Shown here: positions 1-12,651 of the stretch, in pieces | Position numbering within the stretch: the first letter of the stretch is position 1 | How the letters are laid out: the number at the start of each line of letters is the position of its first letter | Assembly (NCBI RefSeq): GCF_964204645.1 | Contig: NC_134030.1 | Location: forward strand, 19,614,210 to 19,678,209 | Length of the DNA stretch: 64,000 nt | Direction of reading: 5' to 3' | From: Tubulanus polymorphus | Lineage: Eukaryota; Animalia; Nemertea | Position numbers and translations under genes: made by a program | Notes under the pieces: model-generated | Told to the model about the DNA's origin: nothing | The model's input: only the letters and a program-made list of their open reading frames with translations | The model's database searches: none

Positions 1-2293
1 GGTACATCATTATAAGCGTATCCTACTACAGTAACCGGTCCTCCTGATGTAATCAGACTGACGACGTGACGACCGTACCACATACCACCAGGACAATACG
101 GACCATAGCGTCTAGCTGTAAAATTACCACCATCATATATATAAAATCCAGCTCTCTCGCACGTCTCTGATAAAACTGTTAGTTTCAATCCATCCTCATA
201 GATATCAACTTTCTGTTTAGATTCTAAGGTATTTATACGATACATAAATTTTTCCGTCTTCGACCTCGGGAACAGATCCCTGGCAGGCAATCCGTAAATG
301 GAGCGATACATCTACAAAAATCAATAAATCACCATTAATAGAATTTCGTATCTATGTTATTCTGGATTAATCCATTTTAGAGGTATATTATGTTTTACAA
401 TTATCAAAGAATATAACCGACATATACTACAAAGAATTCAGTTTTTCATTATGCATGAAATATCCAACGCCAAATAATTGTCGAAAGTAGATCTTAAAAA
501 ATCTGTCTGGGCCACGCAAAAACTATAGCTCGTTCTTCATCAGTTTTGTTTTCCGCGCGCGTTCGTCAAAAATAGTTCGTCATTAAAAAATAGGAATAAA
601 AATGCGCATCCCGCATGCCGAAATCTGATTTCGTTTCTCGGATGAAAATAAACGCAAAAGCACGCATCCAGATAAATAATTTCATCACACTTTATACGTG
701 TTCGTCTTGAGGTCACTACTCAATTGTTACTATGGCAGGTGAGCATTTCGGTAAAGAAGTGCTTTGCAAGCTAATTCAAGGTCGTTGACGCCTACATTTT
801 CCCGTTTTCAAAGTAGAAAATAGTCGTCCTCGTCACTTTTGCAATTCGGAATGAGGCTTTATATTCCGCTCTTTGTTTCTAAGGGAGGTGCAAATAAAAA
901 GTCGACGGAATTTTTGATTATGTTTTCGGTCAAATTAAAATCAATATTTCTTATTTTTTAATACAATACAAACTTTCTCTCCGATTTTTGGTTTTTATTT
1001 CCGCGGTTCACGAATTTCACGAGGTTCACGAATTTACATTTAACAATTTAGTTATACAGCATTATCCGAGAAATAATTTTTACTCACCCTGTGTTTGTGG
1101 ACTTGTACGTCTCCTATAGAGATAGATTTTACTTCAAATTCAATTTTTACATTCGATTGTAAAACACCTGATCTTATTAGAACGCACAGTATGACGAGAA
1201 TGTCGTCAGATTTAACACTCAATGATTCCAGGTAGTTGTAACCGAGTAAAATATCAGTTCCTACAACGCGTAACCCTTCTAGTTTATATACACCAATGAC
1301 GTCATCGGATGTGCTGAGATCACGTGTCCAGTTGAAGATGACGTACTGTAACACCTGCACTGTGATAGACCAGCAGTGTAAGTGTTTTGATCGAGTTATT
1401 ACGTGTAAACTGTTGTCATCAGGAATGAGCACTCCAGACTCGTTATTAGAGATTTGAATTAACGGATTAGAGACGTTCCAATCAGATATTCTATAGATCT
1501 GAATTGATAGTTGTGATATAAGTACGTTTCGCCCAAGTAGCAAACTGATCATAGCTTTGTTTGTCTTAGTATAAAAGGATGAAGGTGGATGCCCGGTTTG
1601 TTCTGGTATTACAGCAATAAGTTCACTGCTATTCCATCCGTCATGAATTTGAACAGTTGCCGCTGGATCAGTGCCGGGATATATTTCGAATTTTATCTGC
1701 GAAAACGTGAAATTCATAGCAAAACCATCCGGGATCCCGATCCATTCCAAATACAATTTACATTGCCATATCAACATAGCAAACTTGTATCCTATCGATG
1801 TTGGTAATTTGTTAATTTTTAAATTGTATTTTGTGCAGTTGTGAATTAATTTCAAATTGTTTCGTTCTAAACGATATGTGATATAAACCCAACTTCCCCG
1901 CGCACCACCGAGGTCACTTCTAAACATCAACGAGATCGAATCGTTACGGCGGATTTCATGTTTTCCTTCGCCGCAGAATCTGTTATCGGACTCACCGACG
2001 AGAAGGTAGTTATCACTACAGAATATCGACGGCTCGATGTCGTAGTATAGTTTGATGTTGAAAGTTCCCGGTAAAGAGCTGTTGACGAACCAACGACATT
2101 CAACACCGCGCGTTAACAACGGGTAATTCGGTGAAACGATGTAACCGGACGTAGAATCGACGGGGTACCAAGTGTTGTTACAAGACGAACTGACCGTCAC
2201 AGAGTCAGACAGATCAGCGTGTGCGATGATAACTCGCCAGACGATCAGCGACGCTATAAACAGCGCTCTCAGTCGATCCATACCGAACAACAT
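1..2293 (-). CDS. GRL101-like CUB/CTLD/LDLa/LRR GPCR, copy A: exon 1 (1088-2293) and start of exon 2 (311 to window edge); continues left of the window
   Basis: Matches 34279-36571 at offset 34278. Signal peptide plus a CUB domain (SGYIVSPNYP...C.W...RFCG). Donor CACAGG|GTGAGT at 1088/1087; acceptor TTTTGTAG|ATGTAT at 312/311. Confidence 0.88.
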
Positions 2294-4562
2294 CTACACG
2301 ACAAAATTAACCGAATCTTTCTAATTAAAGTTCAGATTTATTCCCGTCGAATGACGACCGAACACAAAATGCAATTCGTCCAATCAGAAAATTCGCTGAG
2401 AATTTTTCTGAAATAGATATTCTTTGTTGCTGATGCAATGATTTTGACACAGATTCCAATTTCGCGTGCTGAGTATTTTTCACAGACGGATCGGTTTATC
2501 AATTAATAACACATATATATTTCTAGATTTCATGTTGCCTACTGGAAGGGAAGGATCTTCAATCAATTCATATGATTTAGAATATTTAGATTCGCGCACG
2601 AATTCAGCCTGAGAAGTATAAGAACTAATGCCGATGACGTGGTTGATCTAATTTGAATATCGATTTTCTCTAAGCAGTTCAGAAAATTTCCAAACCATAG
2701 TTAAACTTACGTTAGAATTATCACAAAACGTCTCACTCTTTAAAGCCCTCGAAAAGTGTATCAATGACTTCATTTTTAAAGCTCACTCTGTAGATATCGA
2801 ATTCGAATCCGCTCATCCATATATCAGATATAGACTATTCCAAACTCTGCATGCGATCTCTGTCTAATCAAGACGGCTAAGATCTTAGATGATGTTTGGA
2901 GAAAAACCATCAGTAAGGTTTACAAGTTCTATTTCATGCAATGAAATTTAAATGTTGCGATATAACCTGTCTTTTATTCAGGCCGTGCCGAGGGGAGGGG
3001 TTTGGGAGTAACGAACGAACCCAGGCACTTCATACTTGAGATGTGTCTTTTTTCAATCTAAACGCGCCTTTTTTCTTGAAATAGAACTGCCCCTGCAAAA
3101 GCTCAGCAACGGGTTCTCATTCTAGTTAACATTTTATTTGATGGTGATTTATCCTTACCTTCATCCGTCTCATTTTGCACGGAGAGGATTTGAAATAGCA
3201 TTGCCCCTTCTAAAACTTTCTTTTATTTCGTAATTTGTTACCTTCCGGATACCAGTGTTGAGTAAACTCACTGTCTTCGATGACAATTTTATGCAACATT
3301 CAATCACCAGAAAATATGTTTCTCACTCTTTTAACGAAACACTTTGAGGTTTGAAATATTCATCGATGTTGATATTTGATATATAGATTGAGTGATTATC
3401 GATTGCTAGATTTGTTGGAATCCATTTTATATATCTGTTCTGTTAAGAATATTCGTTGAAATTATATCATTCTCTCTTGTTGAAGTATTATTTTCTAAAC
3501 TCATCTATTAAGCAAACCATTCATGAAATAAAAAATTAATTCATGGAAATTAGCAAAGGCGGGGCCGTTTTTAGCGGGAGGATAGGGGAAAGGTGTCCAA
3601 ACATTTTTGAAATTAAGAAAATTCACTGAGATTTTTTTATAGATTGTACTCTGATCGGAAAAACATCAAAACACTGAATATGAAAGTATGAAAATGGCAA
3701 ATCATCATTTGACAATACGACGCTTTGCAGTCGCAATTTTTTTCATTGAGCAACTTTTCTTTCGCATCCCTCTGGCTACGGGTCTGAAGACTCGTAAAAT
3801 TCCGGTGTGACCTACACGTGATTTACATACCTAGATTTAAGTTGACTGCATTAATTATCAGTCATTTATTTTATCGATGATGTTTTTTTTTCTATCGAAT
3901 TTCCGACTAACAATTGTATTCGGCTGTATTTCAGTACCCCTAAATCTCCTCGCTTTAAAATATTTAGTTTGTGGCTGATTTTTATGTTGTATGTTAACCC
4001 TAGCTCGTACTTGTATTAACTATTGTGCCTTAATATTCCCTAGTAAACTCTGCTTGGAATTTGCTAAGTTCATAACTGCTTTTATATTGTATATCAACCT
4101 TCGTTTATACCATCATGAAAATGAAAATACCATGTAAATTACCTGATAATCAAAAAATTTATCATTAGTCTATTCTTAAAATCCAATTGATAATCAGTAG
4201 TAACGCAGTAATCTAATTTCGAATGTGTATATAGTATAGATAGAAAATAAACTGTAGCATTTTATTATCATCATGTGTTCATTTTAAACTGTTGAGATAA
4301 ATCATTGGTGGCATTTTTTCCTACTGTTATTTTTTGTTATTTTCACTGGTGGCATTTTAACCTGTGGCATTTTTCCTACAACCGAACTTCATAATACTCC
4401 TAATAGTTTTTAATCAGTATACCCGCACCACCAACCTTTGCCTTAATCTCTGATTCTAACTCGATACTAGGTTCATTTAGAATGATAAGTTGATGGATCG
4501 AAAATGAGAGTACATAACTTCAAATTGTAGCATAAAATAGAATAGTCATTAGAATTGAATAA

Positions 4563-5516
4563 TCATTTCACCTTTTTACTACAGCGTATTCTAATACAAA
4601 AATATTCACGAATTTCTCGTCCCAGTAAAAGATATATGTAGAAATTTACTACAAAGTTACAAATAAGGAATTGATTGAAAATACCGAGTATAACTTCTTT
4701 CCGTTCCGTCGGGATTGGTAGAAATACGATAATAGTTGTCGGGAGTGTAAAAGTTGCAAATGCTAGTGAAACTGTAACCAGCATTATTGTCGTACGTTTT
4801 GATTTCGTAGTTTTCTGATCGGACGAAACAATTTTCGAACCTCTGAATAACTGAACTATTATAAAAGAGTTCGATAGAAGAATCAAAGTTAAAGGTAGAA
4901 TGTTAACGTGGATGACGATTGCAGTGAAATATTTTACTTGGTCCAATAGTTCGTAGTAACATCCGGACAACTGGTCGGAAAAATATATCGATAGAGTAGG
5001 TAGAAGATTCAACATCAGTACATTCACTGCAGTAATTATCAGTATAACAAATCTAGCGAATCTCGGTGTACATATCAAACGAGATGTGAACGGGAAGAGC
5101 ACAACCGCCGCGCGTTCTAGTGATATCGCTACTATCAACCACGAACTATTGCAGTTTACAAGTACCATTATAAATTCATAGATTTTACAACCGATTAGTG
5201 AATTAATCATTAATAAAGGTATTTCTTTGACGTTAAAGAGAACAAACTGTAAAACAGGCATCAGTGTATACCCAACGCAGAACATAAAATCGCAGACTGA
5301 TAAAACGATAAGATAATTGGCGTATGATAATTTGCGGAATCTGCTGCTCGTCATAATCAGGAAAGTAGCTGAATTTCCAAAGGCTCCAAACAGGAACAAT
5401 ATAGTCAGACCAGTCAATAACAAAATGAGGTGCGTGCCAGACGCGTTTGCCACGGACATGAGAACGATATAGCCAACGTAAGTTCGACCAATTTGTTTCT
5501 GAGTCAAATTCATCAT
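4563..5516 (-). CDS. Intronless orphan rhodopsin-class GPCR (peptide-receptor-like, putative chemoreceptor), GPCR1a
   Basis: 317 aa with 7 hydrophobic segments. TM1 GAFGN, TM2 LSVCD, TM3 C...SLERA, TM6 FTLP, TM7 NFYIY. Confidence 0.9.
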   Translation of the reverse strand: MMNLTQKQIGRTYVGYIVLMSVANASGTHLILLLTGLTILFLFGAFGNSATFLIMTSSRFRKLSYANYLIVLSVCDFMFCVGYTLMPVLQFVLFNVKEIPLLMINSLIGCKIYEFIMVLVNCNSSWLIVAISLERAAVVLFPFTSRLICTPRFARFVILIITAVNVLMLNLLPTLSIYFSDQLSGCYYELLDQVKYFTAIVIHVNILPLTLILLSNSFIIVQLFRGSKIVSSDQKTTKSKRTTIMLVTVSLAFATFTLPTTIIVFLPIPTERKEVILGIFNQFLICNFVVNFYIYLLLGREIREYFCIRIRCSKKVK

Positions 5517-7010
5517 TTATGAATGAAGGTCAACGATACTTGCTGACTGTCCGAGGGTGTACTGACTATCCAAGAGTTATATGACTGTCTGTAAGTGTCC
5601 ATACTGTCGGATAGTGTTCCGACTGTCAGAAAGTACCAAGGTCTGAGAGTGTACAGACTGTCTAATAGTGTATTCGACTAGAATAAATGTGTTTGTTCGG
5701 TAAAAATAAATAATCTTTAATTCATATATTTCGAGAATGAATTTTCCTTCGTGCACAGGGAGAATTGAATCGAACCAAATTTGTTCATCCAGAAAATAAA
5801 CGAAATTAGTCATTCAATTCTGGAAATTGGCAAATCAATTCTCCTGGTAAAACTGCAGAATACAGCTTACAACATCATCGCTTAGAGCTAATTCGAAGCT
5901 TGTATACGCTCCACTTACATTGCATCCCGGATAGATAGCTTTATTTTCATTAGTTTAGTTTTCGGCAAGCTAGTTATTCGTGTCCTTAGACTTGATCTCT
6001 ACATTGTCTCACGAATTTGTTAGCTGTATTTTGAACACTTATAGTAACCCTAACACCTCTAGTCCGGCAATGTGATTCTACTAGAATTTGCCAGGTGTCG
6101 CCTGTGGTTAATCATAGATAAGAAAACTCATTTCGACGAACTGTAACTGATTCCGTGTGTCTGGGGCTGAACGGGGAGCTGCCATTTACTTTGGCAATCG
6201 AGGATTCCACTTTTGGCATGCAGAGATTGATCAGGTTCGCTAGTAGTAACTCGATCTTCCGCGTTCAATTTCTTATACATTTCAGTTAAACTTGAATGGA
6301 CATTTTTCTTACATGAATCAGTATTTAAGAACTGTACCAATCACTTAGTAGAATTTAATGAATTTCAAGTATATTTGGCAGGCTCTGCGACAATGTGTGG
6401 ACACGAGAGCCTAAATATTCGGTTCAAAGTTCATCTTTTAAAGTTCATGAAAGAGGAAATTATCATGACAACCTTAAGACCGAGTTATCGTCGGGCCATT
6501 TTGAAGGATAACCAGTTGTAGTTCCCATTCACCTGGGTCGGATCAAGGATTTTTTGAAGTCTGTGGCCCTCTAAATAAAGAAGAGAAGACTTCCTGAATA
6601 CAAGTTTTTGAATTAGTTTTTTTAGTACGAATGCAGTGACGCAAAACAGGCAACCAGTCAATAGGATGTTCACGTCGTTTTTCATGTCGGCACCGGGTGG
6701 CTATTATTTGAATTTCATCGACCAAATTTTGAACTGGGTTTCGATTAATAAACGATGCTTTACTTCTTTACTAAGTTTAAAGAAATCGGTCGACAATTAT
6801 GACCTCTAAGCTGTAAAAAACGTCACTAGCGGTGGTGGCGTATTCAGACGCGGGTATATCTATATTCCACCTCTCGTCATAAGTTGAGTTGTGGGGTACA
6901 AATCATTGGGGTTGCGAATTATTGATATGATGATTTATGTAGGTTAAGGAACTGTCAATCTTCATCAACCATTTTCTTAAGTTTATGACGGGTAAACGTG
7001 AAGTCAATGG

Positions 7011-7967
7011 TCATTTCACTGAATTTCTACAATGGATTTTCATGCAAAAATATTCACGAATTTCTCGTCCCAGTAAAAGATATATGTAAAAATTAACGAC
7101 ATAGTTACCAACTAATGACTGGACAAATATGCCGTATAGGAATTCTCTCCATTCCGGTGAAATTGGTGAAAATGCAGTAATAGTGATCGGAAGTGTGAAT
7201 ATTGCAAATGCGAGTGAAACTGTTACAAGCATTATTGTCGTACGTTTTGATTTTGTAGTTTTCTGATCGGACGAAACCATTTTCGAACCTCCGAATATTA
7301 ACTGAATTATTATGACAGAATTCGATGTTAGAATCAAAGATAAAGGCACAAGGAAAACGTGGATGCTACTTATACTGAAAAGAATCATTTGGTCAGATAA
7401 TTTATAGTAACATCCGAAAAACTGTTGGTCGGAAACGTACATCGAAAAAATAGGTGTGAGACATAGAATCAGGAAATTAACTGCAGTAATTATCAATATT
7501 GCAAATCTAGCGAATTTAGGTGTACATATCAAACGAGATGTGAACGGGAAGAGAACAACTGCCGCACGTTCTAGAGTTATTGCTACTATCAACCACGAAC
7601 TATTGAATGATGAAAGCGCCGTAACAAATTCATATATTTGGCAAGTGAGCACTGAATTCATGATGAATATAGGGTCGTCCTTAACATAGAAGAGAACAAA
7701 CTGTAAAACAGGCATCAGCGTAAAACTGATACAGAACGTGAAGTCACCGAGTGACAAAACGATCAGATAGTTAGCGTAAGATAAACCGCGAAATCTGCGG
7801 CTTATCATTATCAGGAAAGTAGCTGAATTTCCGAAGGTTCCAAACAGAAACACGATAGGCAGAATGATCAGTGTTACAGTACGGTAGATTCCAGACCTGT
7901 GTACAACAGACATGAGAAGCATGTAACTGGTATAGGCTCGACCGATTTGCATCTGAGTTGAATTCAT
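7011..7967 (-). CDS. Intronless orphan rhodopsin-class GPCR, paralog of GPCR1, GPCR2a
   Basis: 318 aa with GTFGN, LSLGD, TLERA and NFYIY. Long blocks identical to GPCR1, e.g. SSDQKTTKSKRTTIMLVTVSLAF. Confidence 0.9.
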   Translation of the reverse strand: MNSTQMQIGRAYTSYMLLMSVVHRSGIYRTVTLIILPIVFLFGTFGNSATFLIMISRRFRGLSYANYLIVLSLGDFTFCISFTLMPVLQFVLFYVKDDPIFIMNSVLTCQIYEFVTALSSFNSSWLIVAITLERAAVVLFPFTSRLICTPKFARFAILIITAVNFLILCLTPIFSMYVSDQQFFGCYYKLSDQMILFSISSIHVFLVPLSLILTSNSVIIIQLIFGGSKMVSSDQKTTKSKRTTIMLVTVSLAFAIFTLPITITAFSPISPEWREFLYGIFVQSLVGNYVVNFYIYLLLGREIREYFCMKIHCRNSVK

Positions 7968-7984
7968 GATTCAAGAGATCAAAT

Positions 7985-8590
7985 GAGAGTGTACTGACTG
8001 ACTGTGATAGTGTACTACGTATACTTAACTTTTATGGAAGTGCACTGACTTGCTCATAGTGTACGGTACAGCTTAGAATTAACCATGGACGGTAAATAAA
8101 CGCTAAGGATGTTAAGTTAATTCTAAGCTGTACCGTACTGACTGTCCGAGTGGGCCGACTGTCTGAGAGTGTACAGACTGTCTGAGAGTGTACAGACTGT
8201 CTGAGAGTGTACTGACTGTCTGAGAGTGTACTGACTGTCTGAGAGTGTAGCGACTGACTGAGAGTGTACTGACTGTCTGAGAGTGTGCTAGCTGCCTGAG
8301 AGTGTAGCGACTGACTGAGTGTGCTGACTATCTGAGAGTGTAGCGACTGACTGAGTGTGCTGACTATCTGAGAGTGAAGCGATGACTGAGAGTGTACAGA
8401 CTGTCTGAAAGTGTGCTAGCTGCCTCAGAGTGTAGCGACTGACTGAGTGTGCTGACTATCTGAGAGTGTAGCGACTGACTGAGTGTGCTGACTGTCTGAG
8501 AGTGTAGCGACTGACTGAGTGTGCTGACTGTCTGAGAGTGTAGCGACTGACTGAGAATTTGCTGACAGTCTGATAATGCACTGAATGTTT
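7985..8590. repeat. Minisatellite (18-bp GACTGTCTGAGAGTGTAC-type units and ~33-bp derivatives) upstream of GPCR2a
   Basis: Visible tandem units. A degenerate homolog lies at ~5535-5675, upstream of GPCR1a. Confidence 0.9.
8064..8135. mobile_element. 72-bp mini-MITE with TA target-site duplication
   Basis: TIR CGGTACAGCTTAGAATTAAC / GTTAATTCTAAGCTGTACCG with TA on both sides. Removing it restores the minisatellite motif AGTGTACTGAC. Confidence 0.75.
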
Positions 8591-8925
8591 GAGAATGTTC
8601 TCATCTATTGGAAACTTAATTCAACTACATAGACTAGATATACAATTCTTTATTACAGCTACAACTGCAGCTACTTTATTGTTCACGGTGAACAATACGA
8701 AATCCGTTCTTAGAAATCTGAAATTTGTGAAAGTTTATTATTGTGTAAAATATAAATGTAACTAAATTAAATGTGAATATTCGTTGTTCAAGAATTCATT
8801 GTAAGTGATAAAATATCTCATAGTAGAACATCAGATTATGTTCTATACAGGGAAATCACAGGTCACCCAATAGCACCGTTCACTAGTTGTACTGTGGTGA
8901 GTGACTTAACAGGCCGCACTGGCTA

Positions 8926-9471
8926 TGTCGGGTGGTAGTTTAGTAGTTTAGACCGTTATGTACGGAAGCTGGAGTTTATGGCCAGTATCGCCATTAGCAA
9001 ACTCTCCGCATTGATATTTGCGTAACACATAAAACAATGAATAGTTATATAGATAGTCTGGGAATGACGTAGGTATCCGCGTAGGGAAACCCAAATATGG
9101 CGCAGCTCTGAGCATCTCAGAGTGCAAAAGGTATTTTTAGAATTGTGTGGGTACGTAAACACTCCATACATGGGTTGGTGGAATGTTATGACGTATATAT
9201 GCGTCACAATCCGTAATACCGAACCATGCGTGGTAAAGAGACTGCACACGTTACGAAACAGTAAACGATATGAAAGGGGAGGGTTTTTAGTTGGGTTTTA
9301 GGCTAGACAGAAAGGAGTCGCAGTTTAGCTTTGGGAAGAGATTGTAGTTAGATAAGAGAGGAAAGGCAAGAACTGTATATAACCAACAACACAAGTAAGA
9401 AGATTTACCAACACTGCACACAACACTGGTTGACATTCAGCAACCATAAAAATTGCCGGAGAACCATAACC
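8926..9471 (+). mobile_element. Degenerate solo LTR, same family as 10562-11201
   Basis: Shares TAGTTTAGTAGTTTAGA, CATACATGG..GGTGGAATGTT.TGACGTAT, CTGCACACGTTAC and CAACACTGGT blocks with the second LTR. Starts TG. GCTA on both sides may be a 4-bp TSD. The 3' end is not CA. Confidence 0.6.
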
Positions 9472-10561
9472 GCTATCGGAAGAAAATGTCACGCTTCTCC
9501 GTGAAAGAATTGTTTGACTTAATATTTATTAAATATTGCGTCTACAATTTGATGAAAATTTGATGAATATCGTTTATGATTAAAAAAAAGATTCGAAAAT
9601 TTTTCGTCATTATCTTACGGTGGTTTACATTAAAACAACGCTCTTGACAAAACTAAGTTACCTATACGTACAACTTGTTTAGGACGTTTGAAAAGGTACA
9701 TGTACCATTCCTGGGTTCCTGTTGGATTTTCTGGTAAATGCGATGAAATTGACTCATTGATACGAGGTCTAACTTTTTGCACAGTTTTTATATAATTATT
9801 CGTCGCCTGATCTTTTTTTGAAAATAGAAGAATCAGATTATCAAATTTGATAAGACTCGCATATTTTCTTTTCTCGTACCATTTCATTTTCAGGTAATCT
9901 CAAACCATTTTCAAATCAAATTACACCGTTTTACTTTGTTTTGTCGCTGTGAGCTGTCTATTTTGATATCATCAGTAACATTTTGAAGTTATCTCGCACT
10001 TGCTTCTTTCGAAGTCACTAGACGCCATTACATACTGAAATCACCTCATTCAGTTTTGAAGTCATCGCCTTCTTGAGATATCGTTCTGCACAATACACCG
10101 CGTATAGTCAAAAATGATCGTTTCTTGCGTTTCTGAATGCGTACAATAATCAGTGAAGTTAGATTGCAGGTTAACTATATTGCAGCAGTAGTTAACCTGC
10201 CGTACATTCTAGTCTCACAATAGCAGTTTCAACCTCAGGCTCGGTCTGCAGTTGCCAGTTATTTGCAAGTTGCCAAGTAATCGAAAATGAAAAGAATCTA
10301 TCGGACTTTTATAAGCTAGAAAATAGGTAATTGATTGATTTAAACGCGAAATAACGATAACGATAGTGAGTGCTTTAGATATTTAAGTACCGGGTACACC
10401 GAACTTTACTTATTTGTTAAAAACGTATTCAAATAGAGAATGATTCTGCTTTCTTTCAGTATTTGGATCCTGAATATCCAACGTAAACGCTTTCGTGTCA
10501 AAAGAATAAAAAAAACATGTGTATACTTGATAGTAAACTTGTTGATTAGTATGAGCTTTTG

Positions 10562-11201
10562 TGTTGTGCAGATAGTTTAGTAGTTTAGATAAATGTACAG
10601 AAGCTGGGGTTCATGGCCAGTGTTATTATTGCCGGATAACCTACGTTGATGCGTACGTCATACATAGACATACGTACGTAGAAGTAATATAAATAAACAA
10701 ATCTTAAAGTGACCTTATGTGTCTACGTAGGTAAACCTAATATGGTGCTGCCATGGACTCTGATGAGTACAAAGGGATATTTATAGATAATTGTGACATG
10801 TGCAGATACGTCATCACCCATACATGGATGGGTGGAATGTTGTGACGTATGAATACGTCACAATCCATGAATTCCAGGCCATGTGTGGAAGAGGGTCTGC
10901 ACACGTTACTAAAGATAAAATAATATAAAAGGGTTTAAGAAAGCTTTAGAGGGAGGCTGGAGAGAAGAGGTTTTAGAGAGAGCTCCGGGGAATGATCTTG
11001 TATACATCTGGTAAGAGAAAATAAACGAAAAGATAACTTAAGAAATTGTCAAGTTATATCCGGGAGTCGTGTAAGAAAGTCAAGACCAAGGACTGAGATC
11101 TGATCTCAGAGAGTGTCCCTCGTAACAAGAGAGAAATCATTACCACAACACTGGTAGATATACGCGACCATAACATTGGTGGAGAATCCATACCCACAAC
11201 A
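10562..11201 (+). mobile_element. Solo LTR (Gypsy-like, 4-bp TSD)
   Basis: Inverted termini TGTTGTG...CACAACA, TTTG on both sides, and internal TATAAAA and AATAAA. Confidence 0.85.
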
Positions 11202-11249
11202 TTTGCTGCTGTTGTTCTTTATCAGGGGAAGAATTGTAAAATATGAAAT

Positions 11250-11316
11250 AAACGCTTCGACTATATCCTAATAGTCAGGAATGATGATTATTCCTAAGGA
11301 TGACTATTAGGATATT
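11250..11316. mobile_element. Fragment of the Penelope-type palindromic element, with a mutated hammerhead core
   Basis: TTCGACTATATCCTAATAGTCAGGAATGATGATTATTCCTAAGGATGACTATTAGGATAT matches the centre of 48356-48601. Confidence 0.7.
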
Positions 11317-11400
11317 TATTGTTGATTTGCAGCATTCGCATCTGTTGTAAAGAAGCTTCACCAGGGGAATGTTTGTAAAATATAACATTTACGCCCTGAT

Positions 11401-12363
11401 TTAAGTGCTAATTTTTTTCAATAAATGAAACAACATATTTCTGAATTGTTTGTTGACGATTGTATAGAGTGTAAAGTTTACGCATGAATTTATGATTGAT
11501 GTCATCTGATAAATGTGATGAAATACATCCTTGTAAAAAAATACATCAGCTTTCCCGATTTTACCGAGCGAATCGGGCAGTTCTAGAATAGTAAATACAA
11601 TACTCATCGTAAGCACCATTTTAGTGGCTTTCTTTTCATTTTGAGCTGTTGAGGTTTTCGACACCGAGAGAGTTTCGCGTTCCTTTCTTTTGACGTATAA
11701 GACGACAATAAGAGCGATGTTCGCTGCGAAAACTAAAATATTTGAAATGATAACGCGGATAATTGGGTCTATATATCCGTTCATTATGTCATAAATTCGT
11801 TTGAGGATTCCTGGCATGTAAAGCATGTAATGAACAAATCGGAATTCTTTAAATGAACTTGCCTTTTTGACTCTCAACGTAATAGGGTAGTAAGATCCTA
11901 GAGCCATCGATGATATACCTGTTATGATGACGAGTGGTTTTAAGCTGCTTTTTACGCGTAAGGGAAAAGTAATAGTAACCAATCTTTCGCATTGAATTAT
12001 GACGGTTAAAAAGTTACGATAGACCTGGAATCCTTTGACGAGCATACTTCCCCATATCGTCAAGTTTACCGGGGAAATTCTGTCGTTGGGAAATTTCTTG
12101 ATCGAGTCGCCGTACCGCGCGTAGTGAATATGAAAGCGAACCGAGTTTGCGATGAGATATGCCAACAAAAACATGATGTCGACGAGCGCGAGGATTTTCA
12201 GTAAATCGAAGCAGCGGTTTTTAGTTTTCAGCTTGTGAAATACGGTTATAACCATCACATTGAATGTCACGCCGACTACGAGTAGTGGAGGCATGATGTA
12301 CCCAATCCGGATCCATTTAAACTCCCAAATTGGGTTGTAAACGTAGACTACAGTTATGTTCAT
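11401..12363 (-). CDS. Intronless orphan rhodopsin-class GPCR (peptide-receptor-like), GPCR3a
   Basis: 320 aa with GVTFN, LALVD, QCERL..ITFPL, EKKATKMVL, ELP and NSCVNFTLY. Confidence 0.88.
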   Translation of the reverse strand: MNITVVYVYNPIWEFKWIRIGYIMPPLLVVGVTFNVMVITVFHKLKTKNRCFDLLKILALVDIMFLLAYLIANSVRFHIHYARYGDSIKKFPNDRISPVNLTIWGSMLVKGFQVYRNFLTVIIQCERLVTITFPLRVKSSLKPLVIITGISSMALGSYYPITLRVKKASSFKEFRFVHYMLYMPGILKRIYDIMNGYIDPIIRVIISNILVFAANIALIVVLYVKRKERETLSVSKTSTAQNEKKATKMVLTMSIVFTILELPDSLGKIGKADVFFYKDVFHHIYQMTSIINSCVNFTLYTIVNKQFRNMLFHLLKKIST

Positions 12364-12651
12364 TATTTTCGAACGGTCTGGTTGGTCAGCAGCATAATGC
12401 CTTATCCTACCAAACGCGTCTAAACTGATATACTCGCATTACTTTCAATTTGTAAGGTGATAGATTTTCAGATTTACGCTAATTTGTGTCAAAAAACCTA
12501 TTGCCTGAACGCCAACTCTCTAAATGAATTTATATCCAATCAATAGCACGGCAGACTTACAGGTGTCTGGTGTGCATTCAGAACTTATATAAGGACGAGG
12601 TTTGAAAGCTGAAAGTAATCTAGGATTTTCAGGGTTGTGACGACATGTCGA

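Noticed and set aside
6100-6800. Decayed integrase/transposase fragment (HPIDWLPVLRHCIRT)
   Set aside because: Only a vague resemblance, with multiple stops and no catalytic motif; a profile search would be needed.
10755-10780. CTGATGA in the solo LTR as a hammerhead core
   Set aside because: No stem II or GAAA follows.
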